Source: a virus
Virus record (IMG/VR): IMGVR_UViG_3300021185_001231
Length of the DNA: 64,000 nucleotides
Strand: one strand, 5' to 3'
A model generated the notes under the pieces. It was not told the DNA's origin. It saw nothing but the letters and a program-made list of their open reading frames with translations, and searched no databases. This document shows, one piece after another, positions 10,064-18,126 of the stretch (positions within the stretch are counted from its first letter, which is position 1; the number at the start of each line of letters is the position of its first letter). The position numbers and the translations under genes are program-made.

Positions 10064-10873
10064 TTAATCGATAACGTGAAAATAATTATGTCTTGTCCAA
10101 GGTTTTTTTATATGTCGGTCTATGTATGTGTGATGATCTTGAGTGACCATCAGACTTTTGGATACTACCTGAGTGGTTGGGTTGGGTATACTGTTCTCTT
10201 CGTCTAAATCTGGTTTGTTAAAGTAAATTCCACAATCTCTACCAAATCCCAAAGTGGTACATTGAGTCCAAGGGTGTACGACGGTAACTTCCTTACCGTG
10301 GTATCTAACGCCAGATTTCTCTAAGTACTGAGTAGAGTATGTTCTATACAATCTCTGAAGAGTGCAGTAAGGACCACAGTTTATAGGGAAATCTTTATTT
10401 ATTAAAAGATCGTACTGCCAGGCAGCGCAATGAGTATCTAGAGAGTAACAACCCATAAACAAACCAATGTTTACATAAAAAGGTTGATGTGATCGAGTAA
10501 AATCTACCATCAATTCGAAAGTATTCAAGTGTTGAGGTAACAGGTAGGTATCATGTTCCATCACAAAAAATCTTTCGTCAGATTCAGATTGCATTCTCAT
10601 AAGTTCCCAATGAGAACACATGCCAGCTTTTTCTGTTTCAGAATGATCCTGAGTTTTTTTGCCAGATCTTGTGTCTGCGAACATCAAACTGGGAGACCAA
10701 TCATATCGATTCAAGTGTTCCTCAAAATCTGGGGATTGTGGTGTTATCGCATCAAAGGTTCTTATTTCGGAAATGATACCAGCATCGATAACTGGTTGGA
10801 AGGATCTTCTAGAAATTTCCGCGTATTGTTCAGACTTATAGTCTCCTTTCATTACAATTTGATACGCTATCAT
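10064..10873 (-). CDS. glycosyltransferase family 25-like protein
   Basis: FDAITP, AGMCSHWELM and VMEHD resemble GT25 G(C)xxSHxxxW and LEDD; start moved to MIAYQ (AGGA RBS, terminator upstream). Confidence 0.6.
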   Translation of the reverse strand: MIAYQIVMKGDYKSEQYAEISRRSFQPVIDAGIISEIRTFDAITPQSPDFEEHLNRYDWSPSLMFADTRSGKKTQDHSETEKAGMCSHWELMRMQSESDERFFVMEHDTYLLPQHLNTFELMVDFTRSHQPFYVNIGLFMGCYSLDTHCAAWQYDLLINKDFPINCGPYCTLQRLYRTYSTQYLEKSGVRYHGKEVTVVHPWTQCTTLGFGRDCGIYFNKPDLDEENSIPNPTTQVVSKSLMVTQDHHTYIDRHIKKPWTRHNYFHVID

Positions 10874-10884
10874 ATATTTTCCTA

Positions 10885-10915
10885 AAAGGTCGGGTGAGCG
10901 GTTTAGACTCACCCT
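10885..10915 (-). terminator. intrinsic terminator
   Basis: GGGTGAG-loop-CTCACCC followed by GACCTTTT on the minus strand. Confidence 0.6.
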
Positions 10916-10938
10916 ATTTAAAAAGTTTCTTGACGGTG

Positions 10939-11061
10939 TTACCTTAGTGGAAATATTGCCATAAAGTAACTTGCCATTAAGACTGAGATTACCAGATACT
11001 CAAAATGTTCTACTTCCATTTTTTTCACTGTTTTTTTAGTCTTTCTGATTATAGTCCGCAT
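10939..11061 (-). CDS. small membrane peptide (40 aa, not in ORF track)
   Basis: MRTIIRKTKKTVKKMEVEHFEYLVISVLMASYFMAIFPLR; strong GAGGAG RBS; follows hsp20. Confidence 0.6.
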   Translation of the reverse strand: MRTIIRKTKKTVKKMEVEHFEYLVISVLMASYFMAIFPLR

Positions 11062-11074
11062 TAGATTCTCCTCG

Positions 11075-11485
11075 CTAATTAATTGAAATTTTGCGAGGTC
11101 GCCTTTCTTCAGGTAACTCTATCTCCATTTGGATCGATAGAATACCGTCCTTAAGAAGGGCACCAGCCACTTCTACATATTCGGACAATCTGAATACCCT
11201 TTTAAACTTTCTTGTTGAGATGCCACGATGGATATAATCCTTGTCAGCAGAACCGCTACTATCACCCACAACAGTGAGAGTACGTTCTATAGATTCAATT
11301 TCGATTTGTTCTTGGGTAAATCCCGCAACAGCGATTTCAATAAGGTAATCTGTGTCTGATACCTTTATTATATTATGAGGAGGATAGTTATCGTTTGCGT
11401 TTTTTGCAACGAAGTCCAACTCATTAATAAGATGATCGAAACCCACAAACGCGTTACGTGGGAATAATTGCTTTACAGTAGTCAT
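11075..11485 (-). CDS. hsp20: small heat-shock protein (Hsp20/IbpA-like)
   Basis: NYPPHNI, IEIAVAGF, YIHRGISTRKF, A.LKDGILSI, PRKISI. Confidence 0.95.
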   Translation of the reverse strand: MTTVKQLFPRNAFVGFDHLINELDFVAKNANDNYPPHNIIKVSDTDYLIEIAVAGFTQEQIEIESIERTLTVVGDSSGSADKDYIHRGISTRKFKRVFRLSEYVEVAGALLKDGILSIQMEIELPEERRPRKISIN

Positions 11486-11548
11486 ATTTTTTCTCCATTA
11501 GTTTCATGCAAGATTAATGGGTACCCGACCATTCGGCATACCCGATTA
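11486..11548 (-). promoter_or_regulatory. putative ROSE-like RNA thermometer 5' UTR
   Basis: 5' hairpin GGGTA..CCGA-loop-TCGG..TACCC, then CUU(G)CAU pairing with AUGGAG (SD) with a bulged G. Confidence 0.55.
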
Positions 11549-11610
11549 TATATATAAGTATTATAACACAAAGTTTATAAAAAATAAAGTTTTTTTTTTT
11601 AAGGAATACT

Positions 11611-11880
11611 ATGTCGAACGACAATGAGGAAGAATGGCACGACTACGAAGAATGGAAGCGCCAACATGAAGAGGATAATCCAGATATCAACTATCCATTT
11701 GGCATAAACAATTTTAGACAGGAAATACCAGCCACAACAACACGCATAGAAGTAGTGGACAAGAATGGTAAGTCTTACACTAATTACGACTGTGATAGAA
11801 TAACTTTATCTTTTAAGGACGAAGGTTTGACTATGCAAGTCGTAATAGAGGATGTTTTGAACAACGCCCCCTACTCTTAG
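11611..11880 (+). CDS. hypothetical protein (only convincing plus-strand gene)
   Basis: AAGGA RBS; fills an otherwise empty gap; TATAAGTA late-like motif at 11553-11560. Confidence 0.65.
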   Translation: MSNDNEEEWHDYEEWKRQHEEDNPDINYPFGINNFRQEIPATTTRIEVVDKNGKSYTNYDCDRITLSFKDEGLTMQVVIEDVLNNAPYS

Positions 11881-12416
11881 AAATATGTTGAGGGGTCCGG
11901 ATCACCTTCCACACCGAAAGAAAAAGTTACTCTAGAATCTTTAGGTATTATTTGATGGTGAGTTCCTCTAGGAATCCAAACATAGTCTCCAGCACTAAAA
12001 GGGAAAGCTTCATTATCATTGATACCTTCTATCCTTAAACCTATAGTAGATATAGCCTGACATAAAAAAACATCCATAGAGTCTTTATGCCAAGGATAAC
12101 TGTCACTCTCCCTACCAAAACCACTGAATGCGATATTGGTTATCTTACCTTCATGGAGAGAAAAGAAGTCTTCCATTTCGGAGACTATTTCTTTTGCGAA
12201 TTCTGGTGCGGAAGGACGACTGTGGAAAGAGTTTAAACCAAGTCTCATCTTCTTAGTATTTCTATCATACAACTCTTCGGGGTGAGAATCCATTAAGTGC
12301 ATATACTTGTTCCAATCAAAAACTGAAGGAACATCAATTGGAAGTTTTCCGAAAAAGGGCGTTTTTGTTTTTATATTTTTTTCTCTTTCTTCAGAGAAAA
12401 TTCCATATCCTACCAT
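11877..12416 (-). CDS. cupin/JmjC-like protein
   Basis: WHKD...DVF and GDYVWIPRGTHH (HxD...H metal site). Confidence 0.75.
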   Translation of the reverse strand: MVGYGIFSEEREKNIKTKTPFFGKLPIDVPSVFDWNKYMHLMDSHPEELYDRNTKKMRLGLNSFHSRPSAPEFAKEIVSEMEDFFSLHEGKITNIAFSGFGRESDSYPWHKDSMDVFLCQAISTIGLRIEGINDNEAFPFSAGDYVWIPRGTHHQIIPKDSRVTFSFGVEGDPDPSTYF

Positions 12417-12430
12417 AATACAATCCTATA

Positions 12431-12841
12431 TCAACTATTTCCTATATTGTACTTAGGTTGCAAATTCCAGTTAGTTTTATCTTTATGAGATATTATCTTA
12501 ATCTGTCTCATTGGGGCAAATTCTTTTACCATATTCTTATTTTCAATATCTATAAGACCCCAATCCTGTAAGAGAATAGCTATAGTGTTTCTTCTCATAA
12601 TATCATTCTCTTCCAGATTAGATTTCTTACCGTCCAATAAAAACAATTCCTTAAAGTGAACTATAAAGTATCTACCTTGTTTGTGCAGTATGTGACATGA
12701 TTGATATAATGTGTTGTCTCTTCTCGACGACACTCCAATTCTAGTTAGAGTTTCCCTCACCTTGAGAAAATCATCGGGTTCTGTCAACACTATTTCTAAC
12801 ATCTTCAGAGGATTCCATTCTACTAAATTATTTTCTTCCAC
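12431..12841 (-). CDS. regA: translational repressor RegA
   Basis: PDDFLKVRETLTRIG, LYQSCHILHKQGRYFIVHFKELF. Confidence 0.97.
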   Translation of the reverse strand: MEENNLVEWNPLKMLEIVLTEPDDFLKVRETLTRIGVSSRRDNTLYQSCHILHKQGRYFIVHFKELFLLDGKKSNLEENDIMRRNTIAILLQDWGLIDIENKNMVKEFAPMRQIKIISHKDKTNWNLQPKYNIGNS

Positions 12842-13226
12842 CTTTAAAAACCTTATTTTGTATCACCGCAATCTGTTCTTTCGATAATATAGTTAATGCT
12901 TGTTTTGCTTTACTATCACTATAACCAAAATACTCTTTCACAGTTTCTATGTTATTAATATTATCCGCTTTAGACCATTTACTAAAACGTTTACGTTTAC
13001 GTACAATATTTATAAAAAAATGATATTGTAGTTTACTATCGAGATGATGGAATCTGTTCATCTCATTAGCCATAAAAACTGTGTCGGGAAAATAAGAAAG
13101 ACTGCGATTAACCATAAACGAATTATAAACCTTTTCGTTATCAGTATCTATAGACATAATATCTATCTTAGAATCATTTATACTATTCAGAAAATCGAAT
13201 GGGGAAAGTGATTTCACCTTTTTCAT
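12828..13226 (-). CDS. gp62: clamp loader small subunit (gp62)
   Basis: YNSFMVNRSLS, ANEMN, YFGYS..KA; synteny 45-44-62-regA. Confidence 0.92.
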   Translation of the reverse strand: MKKVKSLSPFDFLNSINDSKIDIMSIDTDNEKVYNSFMVNRSLSYFPDTVFMANEMNRFHHLDSKLQYHFFINIVRKRKRFSKWSKADNINNIETVKEYFGYSDSKAKQALTILSKEQIAVIQNKVFKGGRK

Positions 13227-13243
13227 AACAAACCTTATATATT

Positions 13244-13606
13244 TTAATTAGAATCTTTAACAAAAACCCCATCGACCATTCGACCCTTTCTATCTTTAAT
13301 ATCATCGTATGCGACGTTTAAACAATGTTTTAAAGACAAATTATTTCTTACAGCAATGTTAATGAGGACAACCATAATATCCCCAATGTCATCTGAGATA
13401 TCATTACCCTTACAAATATTATCGGAAAGTTCTCCACACTCCTGCATCAACTTACAGAACTGATCTTTGTCGTTGGAACCCTCGATCAGATTTCTGTCTA
13501 GATGCCATCTTTCAATAGACTGAATAAGTCTTTCCAAACTTTTTAAAGATTTGTCTCTCTTGAGGAGCTCTCTTTTAGTATAAGTCATAACTTCCATATT
13601 ACCCAT
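13244..13606 (-). CDS. mazG: MazG-like nucleotide pyrophosphohydrolase
   Basis: KLMQECGEL, DDIGDIMVVL, AYDDIKDRKG. Confidence 0.8.
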   Translation of the reverse strand: MGNMEVMTYTKRELLKRDKSLKSLERLIQSIERWHLDRNLIEGSNDKDQFCKLMQECGELSDNICKGNDISDDIGDIMVVLINIAVRNNLSLKHCLNVAYDDIKDRKGRMVDGVFVKDSN

Positions 13607-13607
13607 T

Positions 13608-14543
13608 TTATTTTATCTCCACATTGGCCATGACTTCGGTAAGACAGGCAACTAAGTTAAGTTCGTGATCTGCCACGAACGCATTTTTGTATTGATAGTC
13701 CGCAAGTATAAGAACTAATTGAGGAATACTCTCGGACACTACATAGTCTTGCATATTGTCGTAGACATCTCTAAATATCGAAGCGGGTTCTAAGTCCATA
13801 TTATTGACAACCCACTTGCGCATTTTTTTGAAGTCCTTGTTTTTGATATGAGAAAATAGTTGTGCATAATTACTATTATTATCATTATCTATAACAGTAG
13901 TTAGTAAGGTACCACTAATAGAACCTCTTTGAGCTTCATTAAGGACTCGTCTCCAATCTGGGGCGTGGCGCATAATGAGACCAGCAACAACATCTTTATT
14001 ATACTCGACATCCTCTTCATTAAGAATAGTTTGAAGACGAGTCATAAACTGACCGCACAATTGAACCATTGTATTCTTACCAAAAGTAAACTCATAATTA
14101 GAACAACGAGAATGCAATGGTTCGATTATACGATTCTTAAAATTACAAGTGAGAATGAATCGACAGTTCTTAGAGAACTCTTCTATGAAACCTCTAAGGG
14201 CGGGTTGAGTAGACTGTGGATTAAGGTAGTCCGCCTCGTCAAGGATTACAACTTTGTAACCCCCTGAGAGAGATACGGACGAGGCGAACTGTTTAATCTT
14301 ACCACGTAGGGTATCAATATTACCCTCTTCAGAACCGTTGATGACGATATAGTCAAGTCCAAGTTCTTCGCACATGGCACGAGCGATAGTGGTTTTACCA
14401 GTACCAGCCGTACCACTAAACATCATATTGGGCATATCTCCACCATCCACAATAGACTGGAAAGTGTTTTTAAGATCTTTTGTGAGAATGGTTTCCGATA
14501 CTTTTGAAGGGCGATACTTCTCCACCCATAGAAATTCTTTCAT
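13608..14543 (-). CDS. gp44: clamp loader large subunit (gp44)
   Basis: LWVEKYRP, GTGKTT, DEAD, SRC motif. Confidence 0.97.
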   Translation of the reverse strand: MKEFLWVEKYRPSKVSETILTKDLKNTFQSIVDGGDMPNMMFSGTAGTGKTTIARAMCEELGLDYIVINGSEEGNIDTLRGKIKQFASSVSLSGGYKVVILDEADYLNPQSTQPALRGFIEEFSKNCRFILTCNFKNRIIEPLHSRCSNYEFTFGKNTMVQLCGQFMTRLQTILNEEDVEYNKDVVAGLIMRHAPDWRRVLNEAQRGSISGTLLTTVIDNDNNSNYAQLFSHIKNKDFKKMRKWVVNNMDLEPASIFRDVYDNMQDYVVSESIPQLVLILADYQYKNAFVADHELNLVACLTEVMANVEIK

Positions 14544-14575
14544 AGTTACTCCATAATATATAAGTCAATACACAT

Positions 14576-14604
14576 ATTATAACATAATACGTAAGGTTTG
14601 TCAA
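14576..14604 (-). promoter_or_regulatory. sigma70-type promoter for gp44
   Basis: TTGACA-17-TATAAT. Confidence 0.85.
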
Positions 14605-14625
14605 TCAGTTTCAAGTCTATCTTAA

Positions 14626-14767
14626 TAGTTGTGTACATGTTCGGCCCGCCCTATATCTAGACAACCAGATCTAAACATTAGTCTCTTAATCAGTCGACGG
14701 GCAACCGATTCGTATTCCAATCAACTAGGTTGTGTATGAAAGAACTGGACTGGAAAACAGTTCTTTC
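14626..14767 (-). ncRNA. candidate structured non-coding RNA downstream of the tRNA array
   Basis: No minus-strand ORF; perfect 10-bp hairpin at 14738-14767 and a nested rod (TAGTTG/CAACTA, TACG/TGTA, TCGGTTGCCC/GGGCGGGCCGA) at 14626-14727. Confidence 0.4.
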
Positions 14768-14778
14768 GGGTTTCGGTG

Positions 14779-14855
14779 TGGCACGCCCGGCACGATTCGA
14801 ACGTGCGACCCACAGCTTAGAAGGCTGTTGCTCTATCCAACTGAGCTACGGGCGC
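14779..14855 (-). tRNA. tRNA-Arg(TCT)
   Basis: GCGCCCG acceptor, AGCTCAGTTGGATAGAGC D arm, anticodon loop CTTCTAA, GTTCGAATC, encoded CCA. Confidence 0.95.
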
Positions 14856-14859
14856 ATAT

Positions 14860-14935
14860 TGGAGCGGATAGTCGGGTTCGAACCGACGACCTCGACCTTG
14901 GCAAGGTTGCGCTCTACCAACTGAGCTATATCCGC
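14860..14935 (-). tRNA. tRNA-Gly(GCC)
   Basis: GCGGATA acceptor, anticodon loop TTGCCAA, GGTTCGAACC, TCCA end. Confidence 0.95.
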
Positions 14936-14940
14936 AATAT

Positions 14941-15010
14941 TGGAGCGGAGTGTAGGAACTTCCCCTACCTTCAATGAGTGGTACTCATCGACCCAATAAC
15001 TGACCTCCGC
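14941..15010 (-). tRNA. atypical tRNA-Gly-like RNA (ACC anticodon, degenerate D arm, no TTC in T loop)
   Basis: 70 nt GCGGAG...CTCCGC-TCCA acceptor; stem-loop centred on ACC; GTAGG/CCTAC arm; sits between two real tRNAs with normal spacing. Confidence 0.6.
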
Positions 15011-15015
15011 AAATT

Positions 15016-15091
15016 TGGCATCCCATACCGGATTCGAACCGATGTTGCTAGGATGAAAACCTAGTGTCCTAACCAACTAGACGAATGGGAC
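15016..15091 (-). tRNA. tRNA-Glu(TTC)
   Basis: GTCCCAT acceptor, anticodon loop TTTTCAT, GGTTCGAATCC, encoded CCA. Confidence 0.95.
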
Positions 15092-15096
15092 TCTAG

Positions 15097-15288
15097 TTAC
15101 TTTTCCGTTTTTTCTTCCGAAACTTCTTCAACCAAACTAATAACTTGAATAGACTGTTCCCTTAGTTGTCCGATAGTAAGAAGTTCTTCACCCTTAAACC
15201 CACCTCTACCAGATATAGTATCAATAACAGCAACAGTAGATCTCGCAATTTTATTGGCTAGGTCATTTAATTTTTTCTGATCGGTCAT
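15097..15288 (-). CDS. hypothetical protein
   Basis: 63-aa ORF immediately after gp45; helical; no recognised motif. Confidence 0.7.
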   Translation of the reverse strand: MTDQKKLNDLANKIARSTVAVIDTISGRGGFKGEELLTIGQLREQSIQVISLVEEVSEEKTEK

Positions 15289-15292
15289 CTAT

Positions 15293-15970
15293 TTATTCCC
15301 CATATACCGATGATTTTTCTAAAGCGACAAAGTATTCAATATTAGAATGTGTGCTTCGGAAGTTACTTATAAGTTTGCTAGAGATAGAAACTTCGAAAGA
15401 TTCATTTACAACTTTGATGTTGTTAACGTTTAAAATAAAACTGAAGTCCATGTCTTCAACATAACTACCATCCACACTTATAGAGAAAGAGTTTGAAGTC
15501 GGATCTTTAGAATCTCCTACAGTTAAAGCGATAGATCCGTTTGATGGTGTTATAGAAATCTCTTGATGACCTAAAGCTGAAGAAGCACGTTTAATCTTGG
15601 CGAGAGTTTCCACACTCAAAGTGAACTTAACCTCACCTTCAGGCATTACAATGTCCTTTGTGGGGGTTGTTAACATGTCCGGATCAGAGTAAAAGTAACG
15701 AATAGAAGAGAGTCCTGAACCATCTGTGATGGTTGCATAATCTTCACTAAAACTTATATTGGGGCGTTCAACCAACCCAAGAACATTTAAGAACTCATTC
15801 AAATCATAAATACCAAATGATTTGGGAAAGGTCTCGTCGACAGTAGCTGAAGATACGACATTTCTCGCTACAGCCATAGTTTTAATAGTATTACCCTCAC
15901 TGATAACGATGTTAGGGTTAATGTTAGAGTAGTTCTTGAGAACTGATAGAGTACGATCTGATAATTCCAT
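15293..15970 (-). CDS. gp45: sliding clamp (gp45)
   Basis: MELSDRTLSVLKNYSNINP, FGIYDLNEFL, YFVALE. Confidence 0.95.
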   Translation of the reverse strand: MELSDRTLSVLKNYSNINPNIVISEGNTIKTMAVARNVVSSATVDETFPKSFGIYDLNEFLNVLGLVERPNISFSEDYATITDGSGLSSIRYFYSDPDMLTTPTKDIVMPEGEVKFTLSVETLAKIKRASSALGHQEISITPSNGSIALTVGDSKDPTSNSFSISVDGSYVEDMDFSFILNVNNIKVVNESFEVSISSKLISNFRSTHSNIEYFVALEKSSVYGE

Positions 15971-15999
15971 AATATAATTCCTTAGTTAATATGACATAC

Positions 16000-16028
16000 A
16001 TTATACACTATTTCTACACTTTTGTAAA
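16000..16028 (-). promoter_or_regulatory. sigma70-type promoter for gp45
   Basis: TTTACA-17-TATAAT with TAGTG extension. Confidence 0.75.
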
Positions 16029-16033
16029 GCACT

Positions 16034-17758
16034 TTATGCAACTTTTTTTAATGTGGAGAAATTTTGTTTCTTACTAAACACAAGTTTATTCTCAAAGTGA
16101 GCATCCTCAAGTTCAGCCTTATGAGAGATAACAAAAACATTTGTGTCGTCTCCCAAGGAGTAGATGATCTTCATTAAGTTATCTACACCGTCTTCGTCTA
16201 GAGAAGAATCAAAAGTCTCATCTAGAATCAAAAGATTTGTTGCAACAGAGTTCTTCATCTTAGCCACTTGTCTCCAAGTAAACAATAACGATAAATCTAT
16301 TCTCTGTTTCTCACCTTCAGAAAAAGAATCGTAGGTGAATGAATCACGATGTCTAGATCGGATAGTCTCTTGAAAACTTTCGTCTAAATCAAAATGAACA
16401 AAGAAGTCTAAAGTCTGTAAGTACTGATTCGTTAACTGATTTATAACAGGTATATACTGTTTAATAATTTTAGTCTTAATTCCAGTATCTTTCAAAAGTT
16501 CAGAAGATACCTGATTGTAAGAGTGTTGTTCATTTAACTTATACTTCTCATCTTGGAAGGAATGTAACTGATCTCGCAATTCATCCAAGTCTTTATTCGC
16601 TTGACCCATATCACCTTCACTATCAACAAGACTATCTATGTCAGCCTGTATTCTATCTATCTGAGTCTGGAATTGACTGATAGATTTATTGTTACTGTAC
16701 ATTTCTGTTTGATCTTTCTGAATAAGAACTAATTCCTCATTAACTCTTTCTATATCGGAATTGACTTCAGACAGTTCTTCAGTAACCTTATGCATTGCTT
16801 CATTTAGTTGTTTGGCACGAAACTGAGCTTTATCCTTCTTCTCTTTCCGTAAATCATCACCAATAACTTGTTCGCATGTTGGACAAGATTCGTTATCCTC
16901 AAAAAACTTAGCTTCCTTTACTATACCTCTAACCTGAGTTTTAAATTGTGTATTATAGGAAGTTAGTTTAGTTTTCTTTTCATTCAGACCTTTTATCTCA
17001 TTCGTGTGCGCTGGAAGTAACTCTTCAATCTTAGATGACAAATCAGTATTCTGTTTAGAAAATTGTTTTATCTTCTTATGAAGATCTTTAATATCTTTCT
17101 CTTTCTGTTTTCTACTCGCAACAGTAATAGCTGTAAGATCTCTAATGTATTTTTTCTGAGAATTTATCTTAGTGTTAACAACATCCAATCTGTGGTTATT
17201 ATCACTTATAGAGTTTTTCAATAATGCAATCTTCTCCTTTAGGAGTTGGTTCATTTTAGAAAATACATTAATATCAAGAAGATCTTCGATAACGTCACGT
17301 CTTTGCGTTTGACTCAATTGCATAAAGGGAACAAAAGAACCAGACCCTAGAACAACGATCTGATGAAAAGATTTATGATTAAGTTTAAGAATATTTTTTT
17401 CTAGTATCTGTTGATACTCTTTCGCATGGGAACTCTGATCGATCATCACTCCATTGACATAGATCTCAAAAATGTTTGGTTTTATACCACGAACTATTTT
17501 ATAGTTCTTAGAACCAATACTAAACTCAACCTCAACCATAGTAGACTTGGCATTTATACTATTGACGAGTTGAGGTTTAGATATCTTCCTATGAGCCTTA
17601 CCAAACAAACCGAAGGATAGAGCATCCAACATAGTAGATTTCCCAGCGCCATTCTGACCAACAACTAATGTAGTGGACGAATCTTGCAAATCTATTTCAG
17701 TGAAACTATTTCCGGTAGATAAAAAATTTTTATATCTAAGTTTCTTGAATATTATCAT
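16034..17758 (-). CDS. gp46: Rad50/SbcC-like recombination ATPase (gp46)
   Basis: GQNGAGKS, coiled coil with CPTC zinc hook, FSEGEKQRID, LDETFD. Confidence 0.97.
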   Translation of the reverse strand: MIIFKKLRYKNFLSTGNSFTEIDLQDSSTTLVVGQNGAGKSTMLDALSFGLFGKAHRKISKPQLVNSINAKSTMVEVEFSIGSKNYKIVRGIKPNIFEIYVNGVMIDQSSHAKEYQQILEKNILKLNHKSFHQIVVLGSGSFVPFMQLSQTQRRDVIEDLLDINVFSKMNQLLKEKIALLKNSISDNNHRLDVVNTKINSQKKYIRDLTAITVASRKQKEKDIKDLHKKIKQFSKQNTDLSSKIEELLPAHTNEIKGLNEKKTKLTSYNTQFKTQVRGIVKEAKFFEDNESCPTCEQVIGDDLRKEKKDKAQFRAKQLNEAMHKVTEELSEVNSDIERVNEELVLIQKDQTEMYSNNKSISQFQTQIDRIQADIDSLVDSEGDMGQANKDLDELRDQLHSFQDEKYKLNEQHSYNQVSSELLKDTGIKTKIIKQYIPVINQLTNQYLQTLDFFVHFDLDESFQETIRSRHRDSFTYDSFSEGEKQRIDLSLLFTWRQVAKMKNSVATNLLILDETFDSSLDEDGVDNLMKIIYSLGDDTNVFVISHKAELEDAHFENKLVFSKKQNFSTLKKVA

Positions 17759-17797
17759 AAAATGTATTACTCATAACAAATTATATTAAGGAAGGGT

Positions 17798-17826
17798 ATT
17801 ATACCACAATCAGAACAAAATGTAAA
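17798..17826 (-). promoter_or_regulatory. sigma70-type promoter for gp46
   Basis: TTTACA-17-TATAAT. Confidence 0.7.
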
Positions 17827-17831
17827 GAACT

Positions 17832-18125
17832 TTATAACTTTTCTTTTTCGTGAAGAAAGGCTCTGATCGCATCTCCCATAGTCTGACCGTATGCGGTAAC
17901 TTTAGCGTCGTATATTTTGAACATATCACGACCAACAAAATCAGATGGAGTTATAACGCTGACCCTATGTCTTTCCATGTAGTTTATATCAAAGACAGAT
18001 ATGTTTATATGACTACCATCTCTAGTTGAAGTCTTATTAAAAATATTCTCGAAGTTTTCAGAATACTTCTCACTAGGTGTTTTTGACCGTATAACATCTC
18101 CAGTGATATCATTCTTCGTGACCAT
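17832..18125 (-). CDS. hypothetical protein
   Basis: ORF coupled to the gp47 stop, between gp47 and gp46. Confidence 0.65.
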   Translation of the reverse strand: MVTKNDITGDVIRSKTPSEKYSENFENIFNKTSTRDGSHINISVFDINYMERHRVSVITPSDFVGRDMFKIYDAKVTAYGQTMGDAIRAFLHEKEKL

Positions 18126-18126
18126 A

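Noticed and set aside
10874-10912. N-terminal extension MSLNRSPDLLGKY of ORF 10064..10912
   Set aside because: Overlaps a terminator hairpin; the downstream ATG at 10873 has a proper RBS
14660-14700. Hammerhead ribozyme in the structured non-coding segment
   Set aside because: CTGATTA resembles the CUGAnGA core only partly and the required GAAA element is not in place
14730-15076. ORFs 14730..14924, 14732..14977 and 14846..15076
   Set aside because: They overlap clear tRNA genes and are shadow translations
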